64,000 bases of DNA, from positions 37,572,001 through 37,636,000 of the forward strand of contig NC_043015.1 of NCBI RefSeq assembly GCF_006345805.1, in the 5' to 3' direction. The notes under the pieces are model-generated. The model was given only the letters and a program-made list of their open reading frames with translations. It ran no database searches and was not told the DNA's origin. Both the position numbers and the translations under genes were made by a program. The stretch is from Octopus sinensis. Lineage: Eukaryota. Positions 42,530 through 55,334 of this stretch are shown here, piece by piece; position 1 is the first letter of the stretch; the number at the start of each line of letters is the position of its first letter.

Positions 42530-42662
42530 GTATATATATATGTATGTATGTATGTATATGTATATGTATGTATGTATGTATATGTATATGTATGTATGCA
42601 TGTATGTATGTACGTATGTATTTATGTACATATACTTAAATACACTCATATACATGTGAATA
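42291..42662. repeat. Inverted duplication with ~130-bp arms around (TA)n/(CATA)n
   Basis: tattcacatgtatatgagtgtatttaagtatatgtacataaatacatacgtac is the exact reverse complement of gtacgtatgtatttatgtacatatacttaaatacactcatatacatgtgaata. Confidence 0.93.
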
Positions 42663-42664
42663 TA

Positions 42665-42701
<37 letters not shown>

Positions 42702-42703
<2 letters not shown>

Positions 42704-42820
42704 GGGAGAATTCAAGAAAAAAACAGGTGGTGTAGACAACAAAAACAAACAGACGTATTAGTATAACGCTCGGGAAGTGAAAAGTCTTCAACGTTTCCAG
42801 CCTACGATCTTCCACAGAGA
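42702..42820 (-). mobile_element. PLE-terminus-like repeat, copy 1 (degenerate hammerhead-like core)
   Basis: Reverse complement ctgtggaagatcgtaggctggaaacgttgaagac...gagcgttatactaatacgtc matches 47444-47568. Confidence 0.7.
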
Positions 42821-42829
42821 GGTAACAGT

Positions 42830-42920
42830 TGAAGACACCTGTCCAAGGTGAGGCGCTGTGGAATGAACCCAGCATCATGTGGCTGGGAAGCAAAAGTCTT
42901 ACCAAGCAGCCACGCCTGTG
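42830..42920 (-). mobile_element. SINE group B, 5' fragment
   Basis: gaagacacctgtccaaggtg...gaacccagcatcatgtgg...cttaccaagcagccacgcctgtg is the reverse complement of the group B head. Confidence 0.8.
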
Positions 42921-43299
42921 ACAAACACCCCCGAATTTAAACTTATATATGCAGTACTTTTAAGCTGAACGATGTCGATTTTTTCTTTGTTGTATCTTGG
43001 GCGGGTTATTTTGCCGATAAGAAACACGCAGGGATTCTGTTTCACTTTCATCATCATTATTATTATTATTATTATTATTATTAGTTAATTGGTTAACTAT
43101 TTAACCTTTTATAAAATCGATCGCCTGATTAATAGATCGGTCAATCAATCAATTATTTAAGATCGTCAGACGCAAATCGTTACCATTCGCAATTTCGTGA
43201 ACAACATGCCCTTAGCTGATCGAATGACTGACTGAACGATTAATCAAACAATCGATTAGGTAATTGGTTAAATAATTACCTAGTCAACTAACAATATTG

Positions 43300-43363
43300 A
43301 TAATGCTAATGATGCTGATGTTACTGCTGCTGCTTCTGCTGCTGCCGCTGATGATGATGATGA

Positions 43364-43407
<44 letters not shown>

Positions 43408-43411
43408 CGAC

Positions 43412-43455
<44 letters not shown>

Positions 43456-43534
43456 CGACGATGATATGATGATGATATGATGATGATGATGACGATGATG
43501 ATGATGATGATGATGATGAGATGATGATGACGAC

Positions 43535-43574
<40 letters not shown>

Positions 43575-43652
43575 GTGATGATGATGGTGATAACGATGAC
43601 AGTAGTAGTAATGGTAATAATAATAATGATGATGATGATGATGATGATGATG
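43300..43652. repeat. (GAT)n microsatellite
   Basis: Directly visible; source of the poly-H/S/I ORFs. Confidence 0.98.
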
Positions 43653-43804
43653 AGGGAAGTGAAAGAGAACCAGTGCCTGTGCTTCGTATTGGGGGAATGA
43701 TTCCGAATACACAAACAAAATATTTGTACAAATTAAGAGTGTTTTCTACGATAGCACACAGTGTATACACAAACACATACACACACACGCATACACATAT
43801 ATAT

Positions 43805-43863
<59 letters not shown>

Positions 43864-43993
43864 CACATATATGTGCGTGTGTGTACATATATATAAATAT
43901 ATGTCAAAGGCACCAGAAGTTTGTATGGTATTATCCATATAAATCAAATGGGGTGATTATAATCAAAATAAGCAACAAGTATATCCGAGGTAG

Positions 43994-44081
43994 AGTGGTA
44001 CAATTGTTTCATGCTACTTCATTTTATTAAACACTGTAAATATTACATCAGTTTTAAAATGTCGAGCAATCTTCAGCCACT
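43994..44081 (-). ncRNA. Type-I hammerhead ribozyme motif with intact core
   Basis: Minus strand reads AGUGG CUGAAGA UUGCU...AUUUUA...UAAAAU...AGCAU GAAA CAAUU GUA CCACU. Stem I is a perfect 5 bp, stem III is the palindrome ACAAUUGU and the cleavage triplet is GUA. Confidence 0.8.
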
Positions 44082-44318
44082 TATAGAATTTTCCAATCAA
44101 ACGGACAATACACATTCTTATCTCTATTTCATTTGCCAACATTATAAAGAGGGTAGATATATAGACAGAGAGGTTGATTTCATTCTTAAGAACTCCCTGA
44201 CGTAGATTTTCTCATTCTGTTTACTTTGTTATTTAGATCTGTCAGTGGGGAGGAGGATTTTATTTTTGGTTAATATCTATTTATAGATATAGGAAGGGGT
44301 AGTGCTTGTTGCTTATTT

Positions 44319-44357
<39 letters not shown>

Positions 44358-44638
44358 GTTAGTAGAGTTAGAGGCTGGAATAACCGTCTAAGGGATAACA
44401 GTACCCATGATACTACTGATATAATGACCTATGTTAACCCTGGACATATATGTGCAAAGATGAAATGCGCAAAGGTTAGAGGTAATGACAAAGATAAATA
44501 TGAGTTTATCAGGAATCAAATTTAAAATAAACAGAAAATGGAGAGACATTTATCAACTACGACTGACTTGCATCAATTATTACTTCTCAATGACTTGCTG
44601 CTGATCAATATTTCTCCATTTTCTGCTTATTTTTAATT

Positions 44639-44685
<47 letters not shown>

Positions 44686-44699
44686 ATGTATTTGTATAC

Positions 44700-44935
44700 A
44701 TCTTTGTGTATTTGTGTGTGTTCGTCTTTGTGTTTGTGTTTGTCTCCACGAACGCTCGAAAGCCGGTGTTGGAGTGTTAACATTCCCGGATCCAGCGGTT
44801 CGGCAAATATATCGATAGAATATGTTCTAGACGCGTAAATAAGTACCTGAATAGATTAATTCGACGAAAAAGTTTCCAAGGTGGTGCTCTAGCATAGCCG
44901 CATTCTTATGACTGCAACAAGTAAATGATAAAATA
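44700..44935 (+). mobile_element. SINE group B, 3' half
   Basis: gccggtgttggagtgtt...agcggttcggcaaa...aaggtggtgctctagcatagccgca...gactgcaacaagtaaatg. Confidence 0.78.
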
Positions 44936-46749
44936 TGAAAGATATAATATCCTAAATAATTTGTGTGATTTCTTTCTTCGTAATAACTTGTAATATTGAG
45001 ATATTTTCTGGGGTTTTTTTTTTGTTTGTTTTAATCGGGAAGATATGCTGTCACAGAAACTCCTGCAGCCATTTCGTATACAATTTTATGAATAATCTGT
45101 GTCTAAAAGGTTTCAGTTTTGAGTTATCTATATTTTTTGTTTAAGAAGGTTTGTCGCCATTTTACCGTGCGTCATTGTTTTCTCACACAATTTCCATTAC
45201 GAGTTCCTTCTGAATTTGGCGTTTCTATTCTAGTTCTTTATGGAGTATTTCCTGTTAATTCTCACAGAACCTATTATTGCAGATATATCGATTGTTGTTG
45301 TTGTCAACTTATAAATGCAGCGTCCTTTGCTGAATTCGGAAACGGCTGAGCGTGAGTGGAACAGGTCGTACACCGCGGCATTATTAGCAATGAGGCAAAG
45401 GTTTGAGATTTTAAATGCCTCACAGCACTAATTTGCTTTCTTTTTGTTCGTTCTCTGTTCAAATTCTGCCAAGACATATTTTGACATTTTCTTCGTGCTT
45501 CAGTCAATAAAATATGCACGAAACACGTAATGAAAGAGAATGAACGCAATACGGCCAACTTCCTAATAATGTTTTCGCTAACGAGGAATAACGTTTTGTT
45601 ATTTTCTTTCTCTGTTGCTAAGGGATACGGGAGGAAACAGACAAAGAAAACAATAAGTGAGACGTAAAATATTTTACGTTGCCAAACAAGAAAGTTTAAT
45701 TTAAAATTATACTCTAACTGGCGATAAGAAATTGCCATCATAATAAATGTCTGACTAAAGAAACCCAGGGGAGACAATTCTGGAATTTTTATTGATGTAA
45801 ATTACTTCAAAATAGAATACACAACGAAGTGAGTTGTCTGATCTTCGATGGGATAAAAGACATCAATTCCGCATGTTTCAGGCTCATTAAACGTTATCAG
45901 CGAAGCATAAATTGGCTGTTACTGAGTAGGGAAAGCTTACTGAGCACTGAGAGTCATCGTAAAACTTTTACTGATAGAAATCGCCATGTATGAAACGCTA
46001 AAGTTGCGTTGCTTATAAGAACGTGGCCCCCCAAAATAGATCAGAAAACGAGGACTCAGGACTCTAAAGAAGTGAGTATGTGTGATTCGGAGTAGATTCG
46101 GTAGTTATCTCTAGGAACCTTTATTTTGTTGTAGATTTATATCCAAATACATCGAAGCAGTAAGTTGCGTAAACATCTTGTTTATGATCTTAGTACAAAA
46201 GATATTAAAAGTTAACTATCTGCTACTAGTTTCAGTTAGTATTCATATTGAATGTATAAAGCTATATACGATATTCGGATATATTGTACATAACTATCAA
46301 TTACGAGATTAATGTCTTGATTCGTTTCTCGCTTTTGTCTTCAGGACAAAACCCACGGTTGTTACACTATCTTCAACAAACTATGTCACCTTTGTACTTA
46401 ATAATTACTGGAGACGTGCGATTAGAGATAACGGCTGTTTTATTTGATTGTCGAAGTTATTATACTAGAAAATTATTGTTTATAATAATGGGTTGTTAAG
46501 TCAAAAGTTATTATATTTTGCCACTTTATATAAAAAAGATTGGGAGCGGGAGAAAAAAAATCTTCAACGTAAAAGATAGCTAAAATATTGCGTTGCTGAA
46601 CTTGAGCAGACAATAAAAAACACAGCGGTATTGTTGTTGGTGTTTAAAGTATTGCTGTTATGAGATAGAAGAGAATGTAAAAGAAAGAGGATGTTATAAC
46701 AGAGTCTGTAGAGTGGAGCGCTTGATTCTCACTGTTTCACGGGTTCGTT

Positions 46750-46905
46750 TTTTATCTTTTACTTCTTCCGGATATTGGACCGTCGCCATGCTGGAACACC
46801 TGCATCGTAGTTAGATTATCGGTCTTTGTTTGGTGAACCGCTAAGTTATAGAAACATAAGCAAACGAACATTGGTTGTCAAGCATTGGTGGATGACAGAC
46901 GGATA
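46750..46905 (-). mobile_element. SINE group B, 3' half (internally deleted)
   Basis: gccatgctggaacacc...gaaccgctaagtta...ggttgtcaagcattggtgg, as in 23700-23820. Confidence 0.75.
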
Positions 46906-47027
46906 CTCACACATACTCACACATACATACACACGCACATACATGCATAACATATATACATATACATATATATGTATATATGTTATATATACATATATTT
47001 ATATATAATATATATATATATTATATA

Positions 47028-47164
<137 letters not shown>

Positions 47165-47182
47165 AGATAGATAGGGGAATTT

Positions 47183-47363
47183 ATCTGTAAATATAATATG
47201 TGACAATTATTCGGTCGCCATGATATAACTCCGAGGTATAACACCATAGCATTTTTTCGCTGGCCGGATACCTGAAGAGATACCTGAAGAATTCCGCCCC
47301 GACATTCGAAACTCGGTGTTTTACCATGGCTACCGAATAATTGTCACATATTATATTATAGAT
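47183..47363. mobile_element. MITE-like element with ~50-bp terminal inverted repeats
   Basis: Left arm atctgtaaatataatatgtgacaattattcggtcgccatgatataactccgag; reverse complement of right arm atctataatataatatgtgacaattattcggtagccatggtaaaacaccgag. Confidence 0.7.
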
Positions 47364-47394
47364 GACGCCATGATAGATCGTAGCCCCTACACGC

Positions 47395-47568
47395 ATTTTT
47401 CTTCTCTCCTTGTTTCTCTCCTTGTTTTTCTCTGTGTATCTTCCTGTCGAAGAGCGTAGGCTCGAAACGTAAAAGACTTTTTCTATTCCTGAGCGCTATA
47501 CTAATACATTTGTTTGTTTGTACTCCACCTGCCTTCGTCTTTTATTTATTTTCGTAAACTTTCCCCTT
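47395..47568 (+). mobile_element. PLE-terminus-like repeat, copy 2 (hammerhead-like core)
   Basis: CTGTCGA-A-GAGC-gtag-GCTC-GAAAC-GT at 47444-47470; the element ends against (TA)n. Confidence 0.72.
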
Positions 47569-47814
47569 ATATATATATATATATATACCTCTTCGGTGAT
47601 ACTTTCTATTCTCGTGTGTGTACCTGCTCCCCATAGTCTATTCTATGTGACTCTGTCTCTGTCTTTCTATATATCTAACTCTATATAGATGTGTGTGTGT
47701 GTCTGTATGTATGTATATATGTAACTATGCAGATATGTATGTATATACTTTGTATACATATGCATATGTAGATACGTAGATACGTAGATACGTAGATATA
47801 TATATATATATATA

Positions 47815-48187
47815 CTAGCAGTATCGCCCGGCGTTGCTCAGGTTTGTAAGGGAAGTAACTATAAAGCATTTTTAGAGAGTTATAGCCAAAAAATAGCAAA
47901 AAAATGGAAAAAATGATGTAAATTTTTTTTTGAGATTTAAAAAGGTGGAGTTGCATCCCCTAGACAGTTGGTGGTCGTGTTTCTGATTCTCGACCATGTC
48001 GAATTTATCGATTTTTTTCATAACAGGGGGAACTTTTCAAAATTTTCGCTGCGTTAGTTTTGAATTATGACATTGGGCTATGTGTGTGTCAAGTTTCATC
48101 AGAATCGGTTGAAAGCCGTGGTCAGGGTGAGGGTACACAAACAGACACACAGAAACACGCACAGACAAACTGCCGTTTATATATAGA
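47815..48187 (-). mobile_element. Complete non-autonomous Helitron (~373 bp)
   Basis: Minus strand starts a|TCTATATATAAA and has a gtct/gtgt tract. It ends with a subterminal GC hairpin (cctgagcaacgccggg) and CTAG|t, inserted in (TA)n with no TSD. Confidence 0.88.
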
Positions 48188-48196
48188 TATATATAT

Positions 48197-48233
<37 letters not shown>

Positions 48234-49209
48234 GAACAGTTAAAGCTATATTTCTTAACTATAGTCAAGAAATGCAAATAATGTTCGTTGTACAAAACAA
48301 AAGTTTCAACTTTGATTTCATCCTCCAGGGTTTGATGAAGTACAGTAACAGACAAGTATAATTCGGTATAATTGACAGATTCCCCCAGGAATTAACATGA
48401 GACACGTGGTAGGATCAAACCCGGAAACTGGTGATAACGATGTAGACCTTTTAATGATATGAAATCGTAATTTTAGTTACAAAAAGTCTAAGTAAATGAA
48501 GGTAACTGCTTCAAACAAAGAGTGACATTTTTATACCCATCTTATATAGACTCGAGCGGGTATAAATAGACGCTTTATCTCTCCCCCCTCTCTCTCTCTC
48601 TCACTTCGTTTATTTGCTGTATATACACACAAACACAGACACATACACGCACACACTTGTGCTTTGGCACTCACATACACACACATATACACGCATTGGT
48701 GAGTATCTTGAGATTGTCATTATCAAACTAACGTTTGAGAATGTGGTTTTCATAATTGATTGTCAGATTTATATGTGAATCACTCCTAGGTTCTTCGCAG
48801 AAATTTAAAAAGAAATTAAATTGCGTTACAGAGATCAAGAAGAAATAATATTGAATAAATTCTCACCATGGAAATACAGTATAGAGAAAGAATGAACGGG
48901 GGATAATTGACGGAATGAAACTTATGAGAAAATTAATAATTCTGTAGAGTCTGGCACTTGCAAGAAGTATTTTAATAACATCTTAATCACGAAAGGTGAC
49001 GATGCAACAAGAATTGCCTGAAAGTTGCCGTCGAAATAGTTAGAAATAAACCAAAGATGTTGGCCTGAAAGTTCGTATTATTGTCTGAAAAACGGAAGGT
49101 TAATTTCGATGATATGGTTTTAGTTACACAATGTCTAGGACGACACGATCATAGCTGAACTGTATTTGATTAAGAGCTTTGCGAGAAAGGGTGGAGTGTG
49201 AGATAAACA

Positions 49210-49365
49210 AGGCGGCGAATTGGTAGAGAAACATTAAGATGTTGAATGCAATACTTTGCGATAGTTATTTCAGTTACCTGTTCTCCGGGTTCAAATCTAA
49301 CTGAAGTCAACTCAGCCATTCATTCTTCAGAAAAGATAGAAATTTGACTGTTCTGGAGCAATGGA
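49210..49365 (+). mobile_element. SINE group A, diverged
   Basis: ggcggcgaattggtagag head and gggttcaaatctaactgaagtcaactcagccattcattcttc. Confidence 0.7.
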
Positions 49366-49444
49366 ATGGGGAGGGAATTTATATGACATCGAGGCTATGC
49401 ATTATCTCTTCCAGAGCTTTGCATTCTGAGTTCAAATTTCGTTC

Positions 49445-49685
49445 TTGCTTCTTTTTATCTTTTAATTTTATCAGCTATTACATTGCAGACATGCGTGGGG
49501 TGGGCACCCCCTTTAGTGGAATAAATTGGCCCAGTACTTACTCTTTAAAGTCCGGTACTCATTCTGCGGAAAACATTTGCCCAACTGCTAAGTTACGAGG
49601 ACGTAAACCACCAACACCGGTTGTCAAGCAAAGGTAGGGGGGACACAGAGACACACGCTCTTACCCCACAGCCATGCCTGTGCCT
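49445..49685 (-). mobile_element. SINE group B, internally deleted
   Basis: ctgctaagttacgaggacgtaaaccaccaacaccggttgtcaagc...ttaccccacagccatgcctgtgcc; both ends present, middle missing. Confidence 0.75.
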
Positions 49686-49889
49686 AGAGTGTTGTCATCT
49701 CCTGGTTTAACACCGTCACCTGACACTGCGTGTACTTTAACCCTTTGGCCCTTCAACTGCACCCCATCACAAATAATCTTACCCTTTTTACGCTCAAACT
49801 ATCAATGTCCATCTTCTCACACCTACCCTACAATGTCATTGTAAATATAATGAATCGTATCATCCAAATCTCAAAGCTATGAAATATTA

Positions 49890-50085
49890 GATCCAAATTT
49901 GGGGCCATGTCCACAATATATATAATGATTACCTCGACTCCATTCCTCCAGCACACAACTGGTACTTATTTTATCAACTCTGAAAGAATGAAAGCCAAAG
50001 CCAAAGCTCATTTCGGACAACTTTGAACTCAGAACATAAAGACTGATGAAATTCGGCAAAGCATTTTGCCCAGTTGGCTGCCTTT
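49890..50085 (-). mobile_element. SINE group A
   Basis: aactggtacttattttatcaactctgaaagaatgaaagc...tttgaactcagaacata is the reverse complement of group A. Confidence 0.82.
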
Positions 50086-50121
50086 CTTGTAAATCCAGTA
50101 TATCCAATATATAGAATTAAA

Positions 50122-50520
50122 AGCGGCGAGCTGGCAGAGACGTTAGCACGCCGGGCGGAATGCTTAGCGGTATTTCGTCTGCCGCTACATTCTGAGTTCA
50201 AATTCCGCCAAGGTTGACTTTGTCTTTCATCGTTTCGGGGTCGATAAATAAAGTGCCAGTTACGCACTGGGGTCGATGTAATCGACTTAATCCGTGAGTC
50301 TGTCTTTGTTTGTCTTCTCTGTGTTTAGCCCCTTGTGGGTAGTAAAGAAATAGGTATTTCACCTGCTGCTACGATTTGAGTTCAAATTCCACCGAGGTCG
50401 ACTTTGCCTTTTATCTTTTCGGGGTCGATTGAATGAGTACCAAATACGCACTGGGGTTGATGTAATCAACTTAATCCCTTTCCTTAAATTTTAGGCCTTG
50501 TGCTTCAAGTAGAAAAGATT
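50122..50520 (+). mobile_element. SINE group A with tandem duplication of the body
   Basis: Head plus unit 1 (to about 50352), then a headless unit 2 restarting ggtatttc...gagttcaaattccaccgaggtcgactttgcc. Confidence 0.92.
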
Positions 50521-51451
50521 ATTTATAGATTTACCTAGTTTGGGTTTAACAGTTTAAAACGAACCATTAAAATATTGACTTTTGTCGTGTATAGACAGAT
50601 TTGTGATGCTGGCAGTTCAATCCAGCCATAGCACTCACCTCGAGTAACCCCAAACCTCTTCACAGAAATGACAAGAAATGCACCGAGGCCCTTTCGCTAA
50701 ATTGCACTTCATGAATTGTGTTTACAGCAAATTCTCCTCTCACCTATTTTCAAACAATATGTGCAGGTCACGAAGCTGCCCTTCATTCATCTCCTCAATA
50801 GACCATAAAATGTCTGAAACCGAAGTTTCAATGCGTTAACTTATGTAGGGCACTGCAGATATACGACACACATTCCACCGTGTTCCATTATATTCTATAC
50901 TATTGCAGTAATAAATTTATCTGGGGAAATTTTATTCTATGAGTCTTTTTTTTTTATCAAGATTTTAAATAAAACAGAACAAAAGCCATAATTGTTTTTT
51001 GATCATTTATATGGAAAAAAAATAATAAAATAAAATTGATTTATTTCCAGAACACGTCAATGTATATACGACATGTAAAAGGAAATAGAACAATTGCTGT
51101 GTGTGTAACTATGGTGGAACACATAAAACGGGGAACAGCAAATTGAGCTGCTCCGCATTTGATGATAGTCGCATTTCCATGTGCGTGTATATGTGTGCGT
51201 GTGTGTAAATAGATAGACAGATTATAGATAGATAAGTACATACATATAAACATACATATATATATGCATATGTATATATTTACATATATGCTTATATATT
51301 ATATATATATATATATATATATTATTACCTTGTATTAGTATGTATGCACACATAAACATACATATATATAGAGAGAGATATATACACACACTTCCGCGTG
51401 CGCACAAACCCATTAATATATATATGTGAGTGTATGTGTGCGTGTGTATAC

Positions 51452-51487
<36 letters not shown>

Positions 51488-51566
51488 CTATATATATATA
51501 CATACGTACAGGTTGCGGTCAATAAACTGTTGTTTAAGTTACACAAAAACGAAAATATGACTGACA

Positions 51567-51600
51567 GGCGCAGGAGTGGCTGTGTGGTAAGAACCTTGCG
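51567..51600 (+). mobile_element. SINE group B head stub
   Basis: ggcgcaggagtggctgtgtggtaagaaccttgc matches the first ~33 nt of group B. Confidence 0.7.
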
Positions 51601-52765
51601 TCACCCAGAGTGCAATTGGTTTGCCGTTTTTGTGCGAGTCGAACATTTTTGTGCTGCTTTGAAGGTAGAGACGAGATACTCGGACTTTTGCGGGTCGGGG
51701 TTGTCTTCAGCAGAGGAGGAGCTGGTAAGGGCAGTCATAAAGATGAACAGAGTATTGAAGAAGACAAGGAGTTTTGTGAAGCCTCGGAGATGAAGCGAAG
51801 GGAGCTGGATTTGGCTGGTGAGGAGGAGTATGAGAAGATGGCACAGACGGTGGGAGGTGACGTGAGGTTGTCGACCCCTCGCCCCCAAAGGAATTATGGA
51901 ACGGATGGAGAGAAAATGATCACCTATAAGGTGTTCTCGTTGAAAGGAAAAAGACCGAGCTGCTGGAAGTTGAAAAGCAAACGGCGCTAAGGGACTGGTC
52001 AAAGGAAGTGACGTATATAACCAAAGGAAGGTGATATGGGACGATGGTCGTTCAATTTAGGCCAGTAGAGGAGTCGAGGAGGCTGGCGAATGTGGCGGCG
52101 AAAACAGAGGAAGTAGTGCTTCTGCCCACATACCTTGGAAGAAAGACTTCCAAGGTAAGGATAGAAGCAATCCCACCTGATATAGACGTGGCTTGGGTGG
52201 CGGCGGCTGTCCTTCTGTCCTTGCTGGAAGTGAGGAGAGATTGGCGGTCCTTGAAGCCACAAAGACGGAGGGAGGGGGTTGGAAAGGGAAGACAATGGAA
52301 TTGATTATACAGACGGAGGAGTGAAAAATTGGAGAGTTTGGCAGAGATGGTGACGTTGAGGAAATTGTGCTGAGAGTCTGGGTAGAGGGTAGAGTACCAC
52401 GTTGTTTTAAATGTGGCCAAAATGGTCACATTAGAGTGTACTACCCTCTACAGAGGACAATAGTAGAGGAAACAGTTGTGGAGACGGAAGAGAAAAGAGA
52501 GGAAGAAAAGACAGACGGAGGAAATTAGGAAAAGGAGGAAGAATGTAGAATAACAGAATAGAAGGAAGAAGATAAAAAAGAAAGAACACTGTGTGTGATG
52601 TGGTACCCCACCCAAGACCACGCAGACCTACTATTCCCATACAGACACAAAACCCACCCCCACAGGAAAAAAGAAAAGAAGAGCAGACACCTCAGAATTT
52701 AGAAGACTCCTCCCCCGGTAAAAAAAGGTTACGAGAGAGTGACGTCATGGAGCGATAGTGGAACA
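51601..52765 (+). mobile_element. Decayed gag-like ORF1 of a non-LTR retrotransposon
   Basis: Purine-rich coding-like sequence with LLPTYLGRKTSKVRIEAIPPDIDVAW and zinc knuckle VWVEGRVPRCFKCGQNGHIR at about 52375-52435 (last Cys lost); several frameshifts and stops. Confidence 0.75.
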
Positions 52766-52917
52766 TATATATGTGTGTATGTATGTATGTATGCATGCAT
52801 GTATGCATGTATGTATGTATGTACGTAAGTATGTATATATGTATGTATGTGTATAGTGTATGTATATAATATATATATATTATATATATATATATTATAT
52901 ATATATATATTATATAT

Positions 52918-52991
<74 letters not shown>

Positions 52992-53339
52992 TATAGATAG
53001 ATAGATAAATACATACATACATAAATACATACATACATACATACATACATACATACATACATACATACATACAGATATACATATATACATATTTGTATAT
53101 ATCACTGTGTTTATAATTCATATATACACATATATCTGCAAATACACGTTGAGCTGCTTAGCTTCGCTTAGTGGAAGAGTCTTTGCACTTATGTATGTAA
53201 GATTTAGATTTCGATTCCTGAACCGAGCGACGCTTTGTATTCTGAAGCTAAACACATAATTTCACCTTTTTTTCCAGCGCACTCAGCTAGCAAAAATATA
53301 TTACGTTGCGACGGCTCGCATCCTCTTTGTTGGCGAACG

Positions 53340-53413
53340 CATACACGCACACATGTATATATATATGAATATATATATATATATATATAGATATATATAT
53401 ATATATATGATAT

Positions 53414-53447
<34 letters not shown>

Positions 53448-53595
53448 ATGCATCTATATATATACATATATAATATCATATATATATAATGCTATATATA
53501 TGTATATATATATATACACCCACATATATATATATACATATATATATATATGTATGTATGTCTATTTATGCACACATATATATAAATACATACAG

Positions 53596-53670
<75 letters not shown>

Positions 53671-53742
53671 GTGCATATATACACATGCATATATATATAT
53701 GCATATATATATATGCATATATCTATATATATATATATATAT

Positions 53743-53816
<74 letters not shown>

Positions 53817-53820
53817 TATA
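53340..53820. repeat. Long (TA)n field
   Basis: Directly visible. Confidence 0.97.
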
Positions 53821-53821
53821 T

Positions 53822-53965
53822 GTAAAAGTGAAATCTATGTAAAAACAAACAACGAAGACGAGTGTATGAACAACAATTAGATGTAATAGTTTGACGCTCG
53901 GCAAAAATGAAAAGTTCTTTTATGTTTCGAACCTATGCTCTTCAGCAGAAAGCATTGAGAGAGAA
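53822..53965 (-). mobile_element. PLE-terminus-like repeat, copy 3
   Basis: Reverse complement ctgctgaagagcataggttcgaaacataaaagaac...gagcgtcaaactattacatc matches 47444-47568. Confidence 0.7.
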
Positions 53966-55334
53966 TTTACAGAGAAGGAAGGGATAAGAATGAAGGTTTC
54001 TACATGCGTGAGAAAGGGCCAAACTCACATACCTGTGATCTTCTGTTTTCGCTGTTTCGTGCGCATAAATGTGCGTTCCTGAGTTCGTATGTGCGTAATT
54101 AGATTCACATTTGTTTCTTTGCACCTTTGTGTTTGAGAGTATTAGTGTTTAAAAGAGAGATTGTGAAACCTTGAAAAGAAAGATTTTTAGATAAATACAT
54201 CACGAAGCTGATTATCTTTTGGCAAAATGTATTTTATTAAATTGAAATTTGAAATATCATCACTTTGACAAACGAAATATGAGAACTGAAAAATGAAAGA
54301 GTGCAATATAGAAACAGAATATTCATAAAACGAAACAGAAAAATGGGATTAGTTGTTTTATATCTTTTATTCAGTCGTGATAACAGAGGCCATAATATGT
54401 TTCAAAAACTCCGAGAAAAGCGGGAGAAGATGGTATCTTTAAACCAGAAGATTCGTCTGAATGGTTTTAGCAAAGTATGCTCTGCTGAAAGTACCTACAG
54501 AACCAAGTTATGATAAATTAGGGTAAATAAGAAAACAAAATAATTTCTTGTCTACAATAGAGAAATATTTCTTTTGGTATATATATATATTATAAAGGAA
54601 ACGACTGAAGATATGTAGAAAATAAAATAAATAATAATATTTGAGATTGTGCTAAAAAAACAATCATATTAATTAGACTTATTTTAGACCATTCGCAAAA
54701 CCTAATTTAGGCTGTAACACTACAAAGACAAAGAAAGAGACGGCGACATGTTGTTTTCGAAAATGAGTCGATATGTTCACAATGAGAAAAGATGTCTTAA
54801 TGCGTTCATATTCAGAACGTTCTCCACGTTGACTTCGCATTCATAATCTGAGATAATCAAATATAGCGATGCAACCAACGATCAGAAATGGAAATATAAA
54901 AGGAGGAAAAAAAAATAAAGGAAACTCAAAACGAGGTCAAGATTTTCGATTAAGGAATTATTTTCTTTGTTTGTTTTTGTATGTGTCGGGTCTTTTATGG
55001 GATAATTACTTAACAAAATGGATTACGCAAAGATTGCAGAAGAGGTCAGAACTGTAGACTTCTTGAGTAAGGGAAAGAAGATCTAAAGTTCTAAAGAATT
55101 TCTGAACACGAAAAAACTGCGCAAAATTATGTGTTGGACATTTTCGTTGTGACAAAAAAAATTACATATTTCTTATAAGTCAGTGCATGTAGACAGATGA
55201 ATATATGCATACATACATGAATATGTGTGCGTGTGTTTGTGTGTGCATGTGTGTGTGTAAAATATATATGTATGTGTATATATATATATGCATATGTGTA
55301 GTTATATGTATTTATGTGGGGGGATGTCTGTGTA

